Below, piece after piece: positions 1-13,191 of a stretch of 64,000 bases of DNA. Position 1 is the stretch's first letter. Every line of letters begins with the position of its first letter. The stretch comes from Ginglymostoma cirratum. Taxonomy: Eukaryota. A model generated the notes under the pieces. That model made no database searches, was not told the origin of the DNA, and saw nothing but the letters and a program-made list of their open reading frames with translations. Both the position numbers and the translations under genes were made by a program. Where the stretch lies: the NCBI GenBank assembly GCA_024137785.1, contig JAHRHZ010000040.1, positions 3,662,189 to 3,726,188 of the forward strand. Direction: 5' to 3'.

Positions 1-649
1 ATGATACACCCACCTGGAGGGGAATGTGTTGTTCTCTGCTGCACTAGTTTGACCATTTGCTTGCTGTCACTCAATAATTAAGCACAATCATTATCGTCTT
101 AACTGTTGTTCCTTACCCTGTTTATGCATGGGTTGTGTGCTGTACATTGATCTGAGCTGGATTCTGCTCCTTTGCAAACTAGCGCTATATTCAGTAATAA
201 ATTTTTATGATCTGGCCTGGTTGCATATTTTAGAAAGCACTCCTGGTATCCATGTATTTGTATTTCTAACCTGAACACCCTACCTAGTGCACCGTTTTAA
301 CAGCTCTGTTCTCAAGCATACGTTTGTGCTTCTCATTCTCCTTTGTCTCTGTAGGAGAAAGAAAGTAATGTTTTGGAACAGTTTGACTATTGATTGTTAG
401 GCTGTCTTTTGCACTCGCCCCCTCAGGATGGTAATCCCATCTTTGGTGTTGCATGAAAATGTGAAAATCTGAAAGGCTGAAACTAATGATCATTTGATTT
501 GATGGTACCCACCATAATTCTGAGACATTTGTTTGGGCACCAATAGGGGAGTGTTGTATGGGTCACTTTCCAATTTGTACAGATCTTGAAATGGTTTACC
601 AGTGAACTGCGGTACTTGTGGATTAGTAGGCAGGATGTTAGAATTGGTT

Positions 650-1585
650 TGTAAAATGAAAGGGAATGAGTGCATGGTCCCTTTTATAAAAGGTTTTTTT
701 AAAGGCTGGGATATTTGTGTTTTTTCTTTTAAAAAAAAATGTCTACAGGCGGCAGCAAATGATGCACAGAATTCTTGAAATTGAAACATTGTGTCAAAAG
801 GCTATACTGTTGGCAGCAAAAGCAGCATTTTTACAAGACAACAGGTTTTGAATTTAAACCAGGATCTAGATACCAAAGCCCAATTAAATTAAATCTGATG
901 GTTTTGACAACCTTGGGCCAATCCTATTGTAAGAAATTAATAGGTCATCAGGGGTATAAATGAAGAGGGCATTTGAAAATCTGGGTGAGAGCAACTGCCA
1001 TCTGTTAAGAGAACAAGCTCTGAACAGCCATCAGCCCTAAAAGTAAAAATCACCAGCTCTCGCCAAAATCTTTAAGATCCCGGAGTAAGAGCCATCTAAG
1101 GTCAAGTATGACAGCACTCTTTAGCTAATATTCCTGACACACGAATTCAACAGAAGGTGTTCTTGACTGGAGGACAGCAGAGAAAGCCAAGAACATTCCA
1201 GAAGACTTATCCTGGCAGTAATTTTGAGAGATTAAGCTTTAACTTGGTTTGGTTTACATAAGTGGTACTTGTATCTATTGGAACAGCATACCATTAGAAG
1301 TTTGTTTTATATGGAAATAGTGGTTATGGAAGAATTGTTTGGTTTGTTAGTTCTGTTCAATTGCTCACTGTTAGAGCTCGATAAATTTTACTTGAGTTAT
1401 AGAGTAACTGTCAGGAGTTCATTTTCCTGTAACCACCTCATTTATAAAAGATTGAGGGGTGTTGGTGAGAGGCAATCTAGACCACTTTTTGCACTTTAAC
1501 TGAGTTGAGGTGAGCTTCTTTGGTTTTAGTTATCAGAAGAGGGTCAACCTTTGCTTTGTAACATTAACACATTCTGATTTTTACA
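650..1585 (+). mobile_element. Candidate solo LTR
   Basis: Begins TGTAAAA and ends TTTTACA (7-bp inverted termini); GGGTATAAA at ~952-960; no clean TSD. Confidence 0.45.
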
Positions 1586-2115
1586 GTATTCGAGGCTTCA
1601 TTAATAGGGACATAACATCTGTTGTCTGGTATCATGCTGAACTTGTATAGTGCAAGATGGTTAGACCTCAGCTAGAGTAGTCTGTGCAATTGTGGCACCA
1701 TACAATTGGAAAGATGTGAATGTGCTGGAGAGAATGCAGATGTTGTCCATGAGAATGGTTTGAGTTGAGCTACTTCAGTTATGATCTTTGAAGAAGCTGG
1801 GCTGTTTTCTTTGGAGAATGAAACAAGTTTTCAGTTATGAATCTAGAGAGTAAATGGGGAGAAACTATTTTCCCTTTTAAAAGGATAGAGAGCCAGAGGG
1901 CACAGCTTTAAAATGTTTCAAATGTGAGGTGAGAGAACGTTTTTGACACTGCAAGTAGTTGGGGTATGGACTTGTTCAACAAGCATTTAAGAGGCCTTCG
2001 GATGATTAGTTTTGAATGGAAGCAACATTAAAGTTTGCAGGGAAAAGGCAGGAGATTATCACTTAATTTAAAATGCTCAGAGAGCTGGTGCAGGTACGAT
2101 GGGCTGTATGGCCCT
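1586..2115 (+). mobile_element. CR1 LINE 3' fragment
   Basis: MLNLY..VRPQLE..VQLWH-like ORF2 C-terminus and CR1-type tail. Confidence 0.75.
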
Positions 2116-3569
2116 CAGACTTGCTTTTCTCTGCACAGGACATTGGGAAGTTTTATCGACCAGTAGGAGATTTCATTTTGTTGCTTGAATGAAAGCCATC
2201 ATTTTTCTGTAGAGCCAGATTATGATGTACACTTGAGCTCTGAATTACATCTGAAATCTGCTTTTAGATTGTTTTGGAGTGAAACGAGTATTTGTTGGCG
2301 CAGGTCAGACAATGCAGATGGTTTTCTCTGCAAAGAAAAATAACAGTGAATTTCATACTGCTGTTTGCCCTGGATACGCGGAGTAGAAGTCTAACAGAAT
2401 CTTAATATTTATGCATCATTTGTTTAGCTGTTGACTGTTTAAAAATTTACCAAAGGAAATATTCTTTAGGAGAATCCGATAATTAACAGGCTTATTCTTT
2501 GCTGATCTCTACCGCAGTCATAAGTCATGTGCTCCATTTAATCTAATAAACCAGGTAATTCTGAAAGCATGAAGTCATAAAGCTCATGGTTTAAAACTAC
2601 AGACAATCTACATAGTTAAAAGAACACTAATGGGAATAATTGCACACTATCTCAAGTAGGGAGTTTTTAACTATATTAAAATTGCAGTAAAATGGAGGCT
2701 GAAACTTTAAACCAAAATTTTAATTCAACATTCCTTCGACATTTTGATTAACACCCCAATAAATTCAATTCTGATACTGATCAACAATGGGATAATTAAC
2801 CACTTGGCCTGAGTACCGTTTTAAAGATTTATTAGAGGGCTGATGGGGGGTGGTAAATGCTGACTTAGCACCCTGAGGCCGAATTAATAACGTTTACCAG
2901 GCTGTTCACTCCATTATGGCAAGGTTTCCACTTCAAATCCCCACCAAACAATCCTCAGTTGTGTAATCCATCGGCATTGTTAACATATTGGGCCAGAGCC
3001 ACTTAAATCTGAAGTTTTACTTTTTTAAACTTGCACTTGTCTCTCCTCCTTCCACCCCCCTCCCCACCAAAAACCCCCTCTGCCAGTGTTGAAGTGAACT
3101 GAAGGGCTGTTAAAAGTAACAGAAGTTTAAATTCTTTTAGCAGTTGCACAGAGTTTCAAACAAGGTTTTAAGATTTTGGCTGCTCTGGCCAGATTATTCT
3201 GCATTCACACCTAGGGACCAATTAGGTAACTTTTGATTTTTCTATTGTTTATCTTGATCAACTGCTTTTACGAGAAATCTCTCCCAGACACCTTGGTCCC
3301 TTTTTAACAAACATCTCTTCCAGAGGGCATACAGTTCTTCTTCTGAAGTACCTGGGCCTTCACATAGGAGTGGACAGGATATCCAAGTTTTATGTTCCCA
3401 TCATTCGCATCCCACATCTGCTGTATGACTCCACTAACCTTTCTTGCACACAAATTGTTTGATTTTGGACTCTACATTTGAGGGACCACATTAATCCTAA
3501 ATCACATTCTGTATAATTTTTTGTTCCATTTTCCATTCTCTCATGAAGTTGGTAACAATTGCTGGAGTT

Positions 3570-3670
3570 GGAAACAAAAATCTAAATTCCCGGAAAAGCT
3601 CAGCAGGTCTGGCAGCATCTTTGAAGAGAAATCAGTTAATGTTTTGGGTCAAGTGACCCTTTGAGGATTG
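3570..3670 (-). mobile_element. Older Penelope-type terminal repeat remnant
   Basis: CTCAGCAGGTCTGGCAGCATC motif (also at ~33999); the minus strand shows a degenerate GGGTCACTTGACCC stem followed by AAAACATT. Confidence 0.55.
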
Positions 3671-4899
3671 GGATCCTTCTGCTAATAGATTTGTGACAAT
3701 TTATGTAACTTTCCATGGGGCATTTGTCTAACCTTTTGCATTGCTGAGTCATTGCTTGTGATATTAGTGAGTAAATGTGAATTGCTTTTACCTTCATAGT
3801 TGAAGATTATGCCTTCAAGTTTCAGCTTGTAGTGTATTCACCATGTTAGCAAAAGAGATAACTTGATGTTTTTGTTTAAAATGTATATTGCCAAACCATG
3901 CAAAAAGCAAAGCAAGTTTGTATTTGCAGGATTAGCAGCTTAAATCTAACCTCAGAATTTACTCCTGCTACTGCCCACACAAGCAACAGTATCCCGTCTC
4001 CCAAGTCGTCAGCCCAAATTAATTTCTACTTGACATTTCCTCAGTCACTGCACATTTTAATCAATATCTGAATGCAGCTTGTCCTGTGTCCTCTAGATTC
4101 AGTGTTTTCCTCATCCCTTTTTTTGAAGAAGTTCAAAAAAGTCAGTGCTCCCTCTCGCAGTTATGCAATCTTCAAGGTAGACAACTGGAGTACAAGAGGT
4201 CATGCTTCAGTTGCATCAAGGTTGGGGCAGGTTTACTGCATCAGCTGGACTTTTCTTCCCCCCCCCCCCCCTAAAAGTGTCTCTCTTTTTTTCATTTTAC
4301 ATCTCCTTATGTATATGAAGTCTTGCTTCTCGATCATGTTCTTAAACTTAGAAAATGTCAGCTTCATTCCCTTGGAGGTCAAATGCTGGAATTTGCACTC
4401 TGGCAAGAATTCAACTGAATTCTGGTACATTTTCAAATAAAAGCTTTAGCTGTTCCCGGTGGTGGGAAGTGATATGGGATAATACAATAGGACATGCAGT
4501 GAAGAAAAATGCAATAGAAGAAAAATGATATACTGATGAAAATATCAAAGGAGAAGACAGCTAGGATTTGGTATGAGAAGCCAGGATGTAATTTTGGAAG
4601 TTTGAGATGTAATTGACTAATTTACACACTTGCATCTGGATTGTTATAAGTACTCTGATCTAGATAAAGGTGAAGTCATAATAGCCTCACAGTAGGGCTG
4701 CTCTCTCATTTGAGACAGTCTGCTGGTGGTGAGTTGAACCGGAGGATCTCCACTCCTCAGGCAAGGGGTGAGGTTGAGAAGGTGGGACCTTTTTTGTGGT
4801 GACACTCTGTATCCCAACTCAGCTAACCACCCCCCAATAGCATCTGTGTAAATTAAATCTTGATTTTAGTTTTGTTATAATTCAATAAATTGGCTTCAT

Positions 4900-5640
4900 T
4901 GGTAAGAGCATTGTGTTAGGACGTCATGTAACAGCTGTAAAAGGCATTGGTAAGGCAACATTTCAAGTCCTGCATACAATTCTGGCCATCCTGCTTCTAG
5001 GAAGGGTGTTATCAAACTGGAAAGGGTGCAAAAAAAAAAAAGTTTACAAACATGTTACCGAGACTGGAAGAAGTGAATTGCAAGAGGAGGCTGGGAGTAT
5101 CCTCCCTGAAGCTGAGGGGTGACCTAGAGATTTTACAAAATCATGAGGGGCATAGACAAGGCCTTTTCCTAGGGCAGGGGAGTCCAGAACTGGAGGGCAT
5201 AGGTTTAAATTGAGAGGGGAAAGATTTAGAAGGGACCTGAGGGACATCAGCTGGCAATTTCTAGAAATTTTTAAACTAAAAATTCAAAAGATTTTACTGG
5301 CACTGCTGGCTGTACATTTGTCTGAATTATATGTTATTAGAAAGGAAATGTGTTTGCCTTGTATAAAATCAAGGGACATTGATAGAGCAAAACAGAAGCT
5401 TTTCTGCTTGGTGGAGGGATCAAAGACCAGGGGGCACAGATTTCAGGTAAGTGTCAGAAGATTGAGGCGATGAGGGGAAAATTGTTTTTCAAACAGAGGC
5501 TGTTGGTGAACTGGAACTCGCTTCCTGTGTGTGGTCGAGGCAGACACCCTCATAGCATTGCACGTACACGTAAATGTTGAGGCATACAAGGCTTTGGGGC
5601 AAGCACTTATAGATTTGTTTTTGACAGGCATGGCTGCCTG
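4900..5640 (+). mobile_element. CR1 LINE 3' fragments (two)
   Basis: SRTGGHRFKLRGERFRRDLR and SKTRGHRFQV motifs. Confidence 0.75.
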
Positions 5641-6428
5641 GACCCATGCTTTTCCTCCAAATTGTAATCAGCTAGTATAATAACTTCAAAGATAAAATAA
5701 ATTTCTGTTATTAGGTATTTTCCAATGAAATTAAGCAAATTGCTTCCCCCTCTTTGCAATGAATGGAAGCATTGCATTTAAACTCAAATGCTGGAAAATG
5801 TATGCAGTATTTATCTGACACTTTTTTCAGTGTATTTTGTAACAAAATACATGTGACAATAAATAGGTCAGTCATCTATCAATCAGTTGTCAAAATTGAA
5901 ATGTTTAGAAGTGAGAAACATTTAGAGCAAACTCCTTGAATAATTCCTGTGATTTCAAAACTTGCAGTTTGAAGTCTTCGGGGCATGTTTCCACCTCATT
6001 TTCTCAGATACGTGTTTAAGTGGGATACGTTTTATGTATGGTAGATATACTTGTACTTATAATTGTGCTTCCTAATTTTTTTTTTTTTCCTCACTGTGAC
6101 TGCATTTTAAGGCTGAAAAGTCTGTGTGACCCCATCAGGTAGATGCTGAGAGTGGTGATGGGGAGTAGGGTTTGAGGGTGTGAGAGCACGGGTCTGTTAG
6201 AGAAACCATAATGGTGTTTAACCCAATCGGAGCTTCGCTGCACCAGTGCCACCTCCAGAATGGACAACCACAAAATTGTAGGTCTTGCTACTACCCACCG
6301 CCCCTCCCGAACCCTGCCCTTTTTTATTCTTGGAAGTTTTCCAGCTTGTCGATCGGGGGTTTGGCCTCTGCATAGGGTGGCAAGACTGAGCAATCCATAT
6401 AACCTGCCATTCCTTTCCTTTTTTGTAG

Positions 6429-6562
6429 GGCTTGGCCTTTACATTGGAAGAGAGACAACAACTAGGTATTCATGGTCTTCTGCCGCCTTGTGTTCTTGAC
6501 CAGAATGTACAGGTTCTTCAGGTGCTGAAAAACTATGAAATGCGAAAAGATGACCTTGACCG
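6429..6562 (+). CDS. ME1: Malic enzyme (NADP-dependent, ME1-like) internal coding exon, equivalent to ME1 exon 2
   Basis: ttttgtAG|GGC...CG|GTaag, 134 nt. Translates GLAFTLEERQQLGIHGLLPPCVLDQNVQVLQVLKNYEMRKDDLD(R). LAF, ERQQL, LLPP and DR residues favour ME1 over ME3/ME2; the paralog call is less certain than the family call. Confidence 0.95.
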
Positions 6563-6889
6563 GTAAGAACAGTATGACAAATTTAAGTATAGTGAGAATG
6601 ATTTGCTTTGCTAAATCTAATTCTGTTTTATTCTTCATGGAATGTGAGTGTTACCTATCCCTCGCCTTTGAACTGCATGACTTGAGACCATTTTAGTGTA
6701 TGGTTAAGACTTGATCACGTTGTTGTGGGTCTGGAGTCCTATATAGGCCAAATCAGGTAAAGATTTTCTTTCCCTAAAGGACATTTGTAAACCAGATGTG
6801 TGTTTGACAACTGACCATGGCTATGCGATCACCATTCGAGTAACTTTTTTTGCTGAACTTCTTCAGCGCTGATCTCTATACTCAAGTCG

Positions 6890-7950
6890 AGCGTCCTCTC
6901 AACTTTTGTCAATTAAATATGTCAGAACCGTATATTCCTCGGCCTTATGTCTGTCTGTTTGTCCGTCCTTCCTTGAAGTGCATCTATACTGTTTCCATCA
7001 ACTTACTCCCTGTAGTGAAATTTCCTCATTGGATTTCTTGAATTTGTACTGACTGCTTTTAGCTATGATCCTCCCCACAAGAGGAAATGTTTTCTCTTAT
7101 CTATCAAAACCTTTCATAAATATAAAGACATTGAATTGGTTAAGAGACCTAAGACCCTGCCTTTCTTGATGTATGTCCATACATTTCAAATAAAAAAAAC
7201 CTTGAATATCTTCTGCATCCCCTTGAATGCATTTTTATAACATGGCAACTAGTTGACAGGAAGTACACTTTAGCTGTGGCCTAAGCAAGGTTCGGTGCAG
7301 CTTTATTTTAGCTTTTCTCCCTTATCCTTTAGGGAAAAAATCTAATGCGAGGTTGCTTTGTTTTTCCGTGGCCATGTTAGACAGCAGCATAACTTTGATG
7401 CATGTGTACTCTGATCCCTTGTTCCTCTACCCCACCTGGACTTGCACTGTCCAGATAATGAATGACTTCCTTATCCTGTCAAATTGTACTAGCACGTATT
7501 TATCATTTGCCTTGTTTTTCCATTGTGCAAGCTTATTCATGTCTTTCTATAGTTTGTCTTCCTTGGTATTGACTATTTTCCCCAGTTCAATGTAATTCTC
7601 AAATGTAGAATTTGTTTTTGATTCCAAAGTTTATAAAACAAATGAGCTGTGAATAACAGTAGCCCCAGCACTGATCCTTGTGGAACATGACTCTGAATAA
7701 CTGATCTTTAGTCCCATTCTTTGATTCCTACTTAGTCAACTAACAGTCCGTTCTGCAACTTGTTTCTTTGACTCCACGTTGTTCATCAGTCTGCCCTGAG
7801 ACACCTTTATTGTCAGATTTTTGAAAACTCAGATGAATGACATCTGCGTTACTGTTATCAAGTCTGTTACCACTGTACAAAGAGTCAATAGAATTGGTCA
7901 AACAACATTTTCCCTTTTGAGTTCCAACCTAAGTATTCATAATTACACTT
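6890..7950 (-). mobile_element. Old CR1-type LINE RT fragment
   Basis: Reverse complement of CCACAAGGATCAGTGCTGGGG (PQGSVLG) at ~7663-7683. Confidence 0.65.
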
Positions 7951-9219
7951 TACGTTTCTAAATGGGGTCTTTTATATTCTGTTTTTGTAGGGATTTCATT
8001 GATTCCTATCACTGCTGCTTCTAACAAGAACCTAGTATAAATATTAATTTCAGGTGTCATAATTATTTATTCAATGCCTTTTTAATGCAGTAAAATGTCC
8101 AAAGACACTTTGCAGGAGTGTTATTTATCTGCTTTGATTATTCTGAGCATATTCTGTCCCTCTTCCTGAATATAGGTGTTGTATTAGCTAATCCCAGTCC
8201 TTGGGAGCTACACTGTTTCTGATGAATTATTAAACATGCGTAGAAATGATTTTGCTATCTGTTCCCTGGATTCTGAATTCGTAATATCTGTAAGAAGTTA
8301 CTTTAATACTTTCTTGAATCAATTTGGGAGATGCTAATGTTTTAAAAGGAACTCTGTAAAGTCAGGTTCATCACCTTGCTCGTAGGTTTGAAGCTCACTG
8401 TTCATTCCTTGCACCTATAACTTACCATAAAGAAATGGCAGTCTTCTCTCTGACTACTCCATTCTTTATGTTCCTTGCTATGAAGTAATAGTTTTGGAGG
8501 ACAGGTGAAAGTCAGCCACTGAAACTAGAAGAGAAAGCTTTTATGATAATTGAACTGAGATTTGAATTCAAGCCCAAATAGTCCACTATGAAAGGTAATT
8601 ATTTAAAGATCTTAGATGTTTCTTTGACACTTGAAAAGTTTAAAAGTGAAGTATTTATCTGTTGATTTTCTTGACTTTTTGATGTTGTAATGGCACTTTG
8701 GAAGTACTCTAAACAGAATTTAGTCCCCTGCTACAGGAAATGTTAGATATTGGAACAGCTTACCAAGAACTTAGACAAAAAAATGGTTGATATTAAGGAG
8801 AATTTTGAAGGAGGAAAGAGAAATGTGGAGATTTAGGCAGGGAATTCCAGATCTTGGGTCCTTAGAAGTTGAAGGCATGGTTGTTGGTGGTGAAGAAATT
8901 TTACAAATGGGATTACACTGGAAGCAAATTTGATTAACGTGGGGATATCTTGGATGGTTGTGGAGTTGGAGGAGATAATGGAACTAGAGAGGGGAAGGCC
9001 ATGGCAGGATTTGGAAGTGAAAGTTTGAGAATTTTAAAATTTGAGTTGTTTAGCCCAGTGCCAACGAAGGGATCTCTGAACACAAGCGTGATTAATGAGT
9101 TGCATTTTATGCAATATAGGATGTAGGTGCCTGTGTTTTGGATGAGTTTAAGATTAGAGAGGATGGATGACAGTAGAGGCTGGTCTAGAGATAACAAGGC
9201 TGAAGTGTAAACTTTTTAA

Positions 9220-9710
9220 GTATTAAGGTTATGCTGGAACTGTATAAAACTTTGGACTGGAGAGTTATCCTTATGAAGTGAGATTGGATAGACTAGGATT
9301 GTTTCCCTTGATGCAGAGGAAACTGAGGGAGCACTTGAATGAGTTGTGTAAAATCGAGTGGGGTAGACGGGTAGAAAAATTTTCCCTTGGTAGAGGGATC
9401 AATGACAAGGGCACGCAAATTTGAGGCAAGGGCCAGAGATTTAGAGCGAATCTAAGAGGGGGGGGGGGGGGAGAGAAAAGCTTGTGTTTTTGTTTTTCAT
9501 CTTGAGGGTAGTGGGAATTTGGAACTCACGACCTGTAAGGGTGTTGGTGAAAGAGACCCTCCATGTTTCAGCATTTAGATGTGTACTTATGTCAAGGCTT
9601 ACAATGCAATAAGCCAAGCACTGGAAAATGGGATTAGAATAATTAGGTGGTTGCTTTTGACTGGTATTGGCTCAATGGACCTAAGGGCCTCTTTAAGTGT
9701 TGTAGATGTC
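9220..9710 (+). mobile_element. CR1 LINE 3' fragment
   Basis: LDRLGLFPL..RKLR and TRARKF-like motifs with CR1 tail. Confidence 0.65.
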
Positions 9711-10383
9711 GGATTCTAAGGGCACGGTTTCAGTCTGGAAATGCTATGGTAGTGGAGCTAGATGGTCTGTTAGTCCTTGCGTGCAAGTATAGGTTGATAA
9801 GAGGAATAGTGTATTTTAGAGGTGTCTAAATTTAATTTACTGACAAAAATAAGTAGAATGCAAAGAATTCTCAACTTCTCAACATCTGTGCTATTGCCTG
9901 CATGATGATCCATTAGAGGCAAGACATTTGCTAGTTTCTAATCTAATCTTAATGAAACCTTCAGTCAATATAAGTTGTGAAATCCAAGAATGAAGGAAAG
10001 TATTAGGTAAAGATGAAGTCAAATACTTGGAAGTTTGTGTCCCTCCCCTTTATACAGTACTTTTTTGACGTGCCTTTATGTCCCAAGAAAATCAAGCTGA
10101 CTGATTTTTGGGTATGATTCCTCAATGGAATTTTGGGGCACGCAATAATTCCCAAATAAAGGGCCAAGTATCAGATTTCTAATTCTAGCACCATCTTTTC
10201 AGCGCAATAGAATATGCACAGAAGCATTGAGCTACAAAACTTAAATTGTTTGATAAATCTCTTTCTTGGGAAGAAGTATTCCTGTACTAAATGGATACTT
10301 TCCATATTCTGTGTTCTTTGCCTGTTCTCTTCTGGATATTTATTTGTGGCCATAAGCTCAAAGCTGCCTTCTGTCTTTGGTTT

Positions 10384-10495
10384 TTGGTTTTTGGTTTCAC
10401 CATTTCTGATGAAGGGTTTAGGCCCGAAACGTCAAGCTCTCCTGCTCCTATGATGCTGCTTGACCTGCTGTGTTCATCCAGCCCCATGCTTGTTA
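10384..10495 (+). mobile_element. Short Penelope terminal-repeat insertion with hammerhead core
   Basis: TSD TTCTGTCTTTGGTTT at 10369-10383 and 10496-10510; body CTGATGAAGGGTTTAGGCCCGAAACGTC...CCTGCTGTGTTCATCCAGC. Confidence 0.85.
10401..10437 (+). ncRNA. Minimal type I hammerhead ribozyme motif
   Basis: CUGAUGA (10406-12), extra A, stem II GGGU/GCCC, GAAA (10426-29), loopless palindromic stem III AC-GU, GUC triplet (10431-33). Stem I is weak (UUU/AAG). Confidence 0.65.
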
Positions 10496-12178
10496 TTCTG
10501 TCTTTGGTTTCTGTTGCCAACTTCAGATGGACACAAGTAATATTGCAACAATTTCATTGTCAGTCAAGTTTAAACAAGGTGGTCAGTGAACCTGGCTTTT
10601 TTCAATTCATCAGTATTGCTTTATTCATCCATTTGGCCTGAGGTATTGCTCTGTATCAATGCAAACAAAGTATAGCGGGGGATGGATCTCCACAACAATC
10701 AAGAGTGGAATGCCTGTTCGATGTCTCATTGCTTGATTTGAGAAGAATTATGTTTACTGTGAATGAAGGATCAAACAAAGAACTTCACTTGTCTGTGTAC
10801 TACGTTTATGCATTGAAAGTGGAAAAAGTACACCAAGTTCATGGAAATATTTTGAGGAAACCCTCTTTATGTAAGGATATTTGTTCAGAATTTTTTCAAT
10901 CAATTTGAGTTTAAGACTGAAGTTTCATGTGAAATCCTATAATCTTTTAAACTCCCGTATTGATTATGTAGTAAGCTGCTCATGTAGCTACAGCTTGACA
11001 ACAACCTTTGCTACATTATCTTTGTACCACCAAACAACTATTTAACAGCTTGAGCATTACCGAAAGGCAAGAAATGGAAGCCTTTTTGCTTGTACTCATC
11101 AGATCATGAAACAGACTTGAAGAGACAAATTTTGATACGGCATGAGGGTGAGTGCTGATTGGTTGCAGCATTGTTTCATGGATATGCAGTAGGAACTGTT
11201 AACTGTCAATTTTAGTTTCCAGACCAACCAACTACACTCTGGGCTGCAATGTTGCCATCTGACTGGATCAAAGATTAGTTGTCATTGTGACCCTCTTTGT
11301 CTTAATGAAGAGGGGTGCATAATAAGTGCACAAGCTAATTCTAGCTACACAAAGCAGTATGGTGTATTAATATAGAGCTTCCAGCACGTGCAAGTGCATC
11401 ACACTGTCAGCCTGTGGTGACCTTAAATTGATTTTTGGTGTAACTCTTAGCATGGAGCAAATCATTTAATAAATGGTTTTCAATAACCGAATTGCAGTTA
11501 ATGGTGGATGTAATGTACTGTTCGGAGGCTTCAAGCAATGTCCTTGTTTAGCCTGACCAGCGTGCTGCCTGCTGGCAATGGTCCAATAGGATGAGGTTGC
11601 TTGAGATTCACCAGTTGTTAGGACATATTATCTATGTACCTGACATCACAGCAGCATTGAAAGTCATATATCACATTACTACTTTGTATGGAAGACAAAA
11701 AATGTTTTTTTGGCTTGCTGGAAGCAAAATCCTGACTTGTATTCTTGATATAGAATTGAGCAATTTAAATGAATTGTATTGATTTATTGGAGGGTTCTTC
11801 CTGCACCTTTACCTTGTGATTTTATTTATCAAGGGTTTGCATCACTGCCAGGGAGTGAATATTTTGTAATAGGTGAATTTAACTGATGTAGTTGTGAACT
11901 TTGTATTTATCATAAGCCCAAAAGAAGATGTTGTAAACTCACCTTTATGGTTACTATGCAATAGTTTGCCTGTAAATATGGTCAGTATTCAAACTCTGAT
12001 TCTCCTAAAATTTTCTCTTTTTGTGCTTTTTAACAATTTATAGTTTTAATGAAAGTTCATACTGTTAACGCAATAAATATTAGCCTTTTGCTTTTTATAA
12101 TTGGTCTAATGGAACATGCTTTGCTTGCTTTCTTTGACAAATTAATTTTTTCTTACTTTGCACTCATCAATTTTTAAG

Positions 12179-12328
12179 GTACGTATTTCTCAGTGCCCTT
12201 CAAGACCGAAATGAAAAGCTCTTCTACAGAGTACTGACTTTGGACATTGAGAGGTTCATGCCCATTGTTTATACGCCCACAGTCGGCCTGGCTTGTCAGA
12301 ATTATGGACTTGCATTTCGCAGACCAAG
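12179..12328 (+). CDS. ME1: Malic enzyme exon (ME1 exon 3 equivalent) with catalytic Tyr motif YTPTVG
   Basis: tttttaAG|G TAC...CCA AG|GTaagt, 150 nt, phase-compatible with the previous exon. Translates [49 protein letters not shown](R). Confidence 0.97.
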
Positions 12329-13191
12329 GTAAGTGATGCAATGCAACACACATCTATTGTGAAGACAATTTTAAACGGATCCACGTTTTGTCGTGACATT
12401 GACAGTTCCAGCTGCCACCAGTGTATCTGTTGGTTGCCACCTTTCCTAACAGGTCAATAACTATTCAAATACACAAGCAGGTGTGCTCTGTGCTAACATT
12501 ACCTTAATCTTGCTGTTACAGCTCAAAACATACTTTAATTTTTACACACTGGAAATAAACGACTCTAATGTAGAACAAGTACACTTTCTAAATCAGTTAC
12601 TCAGATATATGGAGTATGCCCTTTGTGTAGTGTTGTTGATTCTGTCACTAGTGACATTCAGTGCTACCACGCGAGAGGCGTTAACCTAAGATACAGTTTT
12701 TCCTTCACTTCTGTTGAGTCATTCCACATTTCTGTTCTGTTGGTGATGCTAGACAAAACTATTGTAAACGGTGAACACTGCAAGTGGGTGGGACATATCA
12801 TTTAGAGGGGTGAGTTTTGATTGCCCATTGTTCCCCCTTTGGTTGGGGGTGGGGGTGGGTGAGTCGGGAGGAGGTAGTGGTCAGACAGGTGACTGAGAGG
12901 CATTGGTTGTGGATTAGAAGATGAGTGAATCTTCAGTCAATTGTCACGTGCTGATGCTAGTCTGGAATCCTGGTGGACAAGTACAATTCAAATTTAGTTG
13001 AATTTTTTTCAAAATATTTACAATTTATTCATCCATAGGCTGTGTTGCTAAATGCCAGCATTTATTACCCATCCTAATTATCCTCAAGTAGGAGGTGGTG
13101 AGCTATACCTTAAACTATTACAGTCTGTGTGTGACGAGGGTCCCTCCCACTGGGCTGTTAAGCTGTTCCCAGTAATCTGAAACAGGATGTT

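Larger units (their letters stand above)
10356..10820 (+). repeat. Unclassified dispersed repeat, copy 1
   Basis: Colinear with 58708-59135, including a 49-nt identical block at 10685-10733. Confidence 0.9.
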
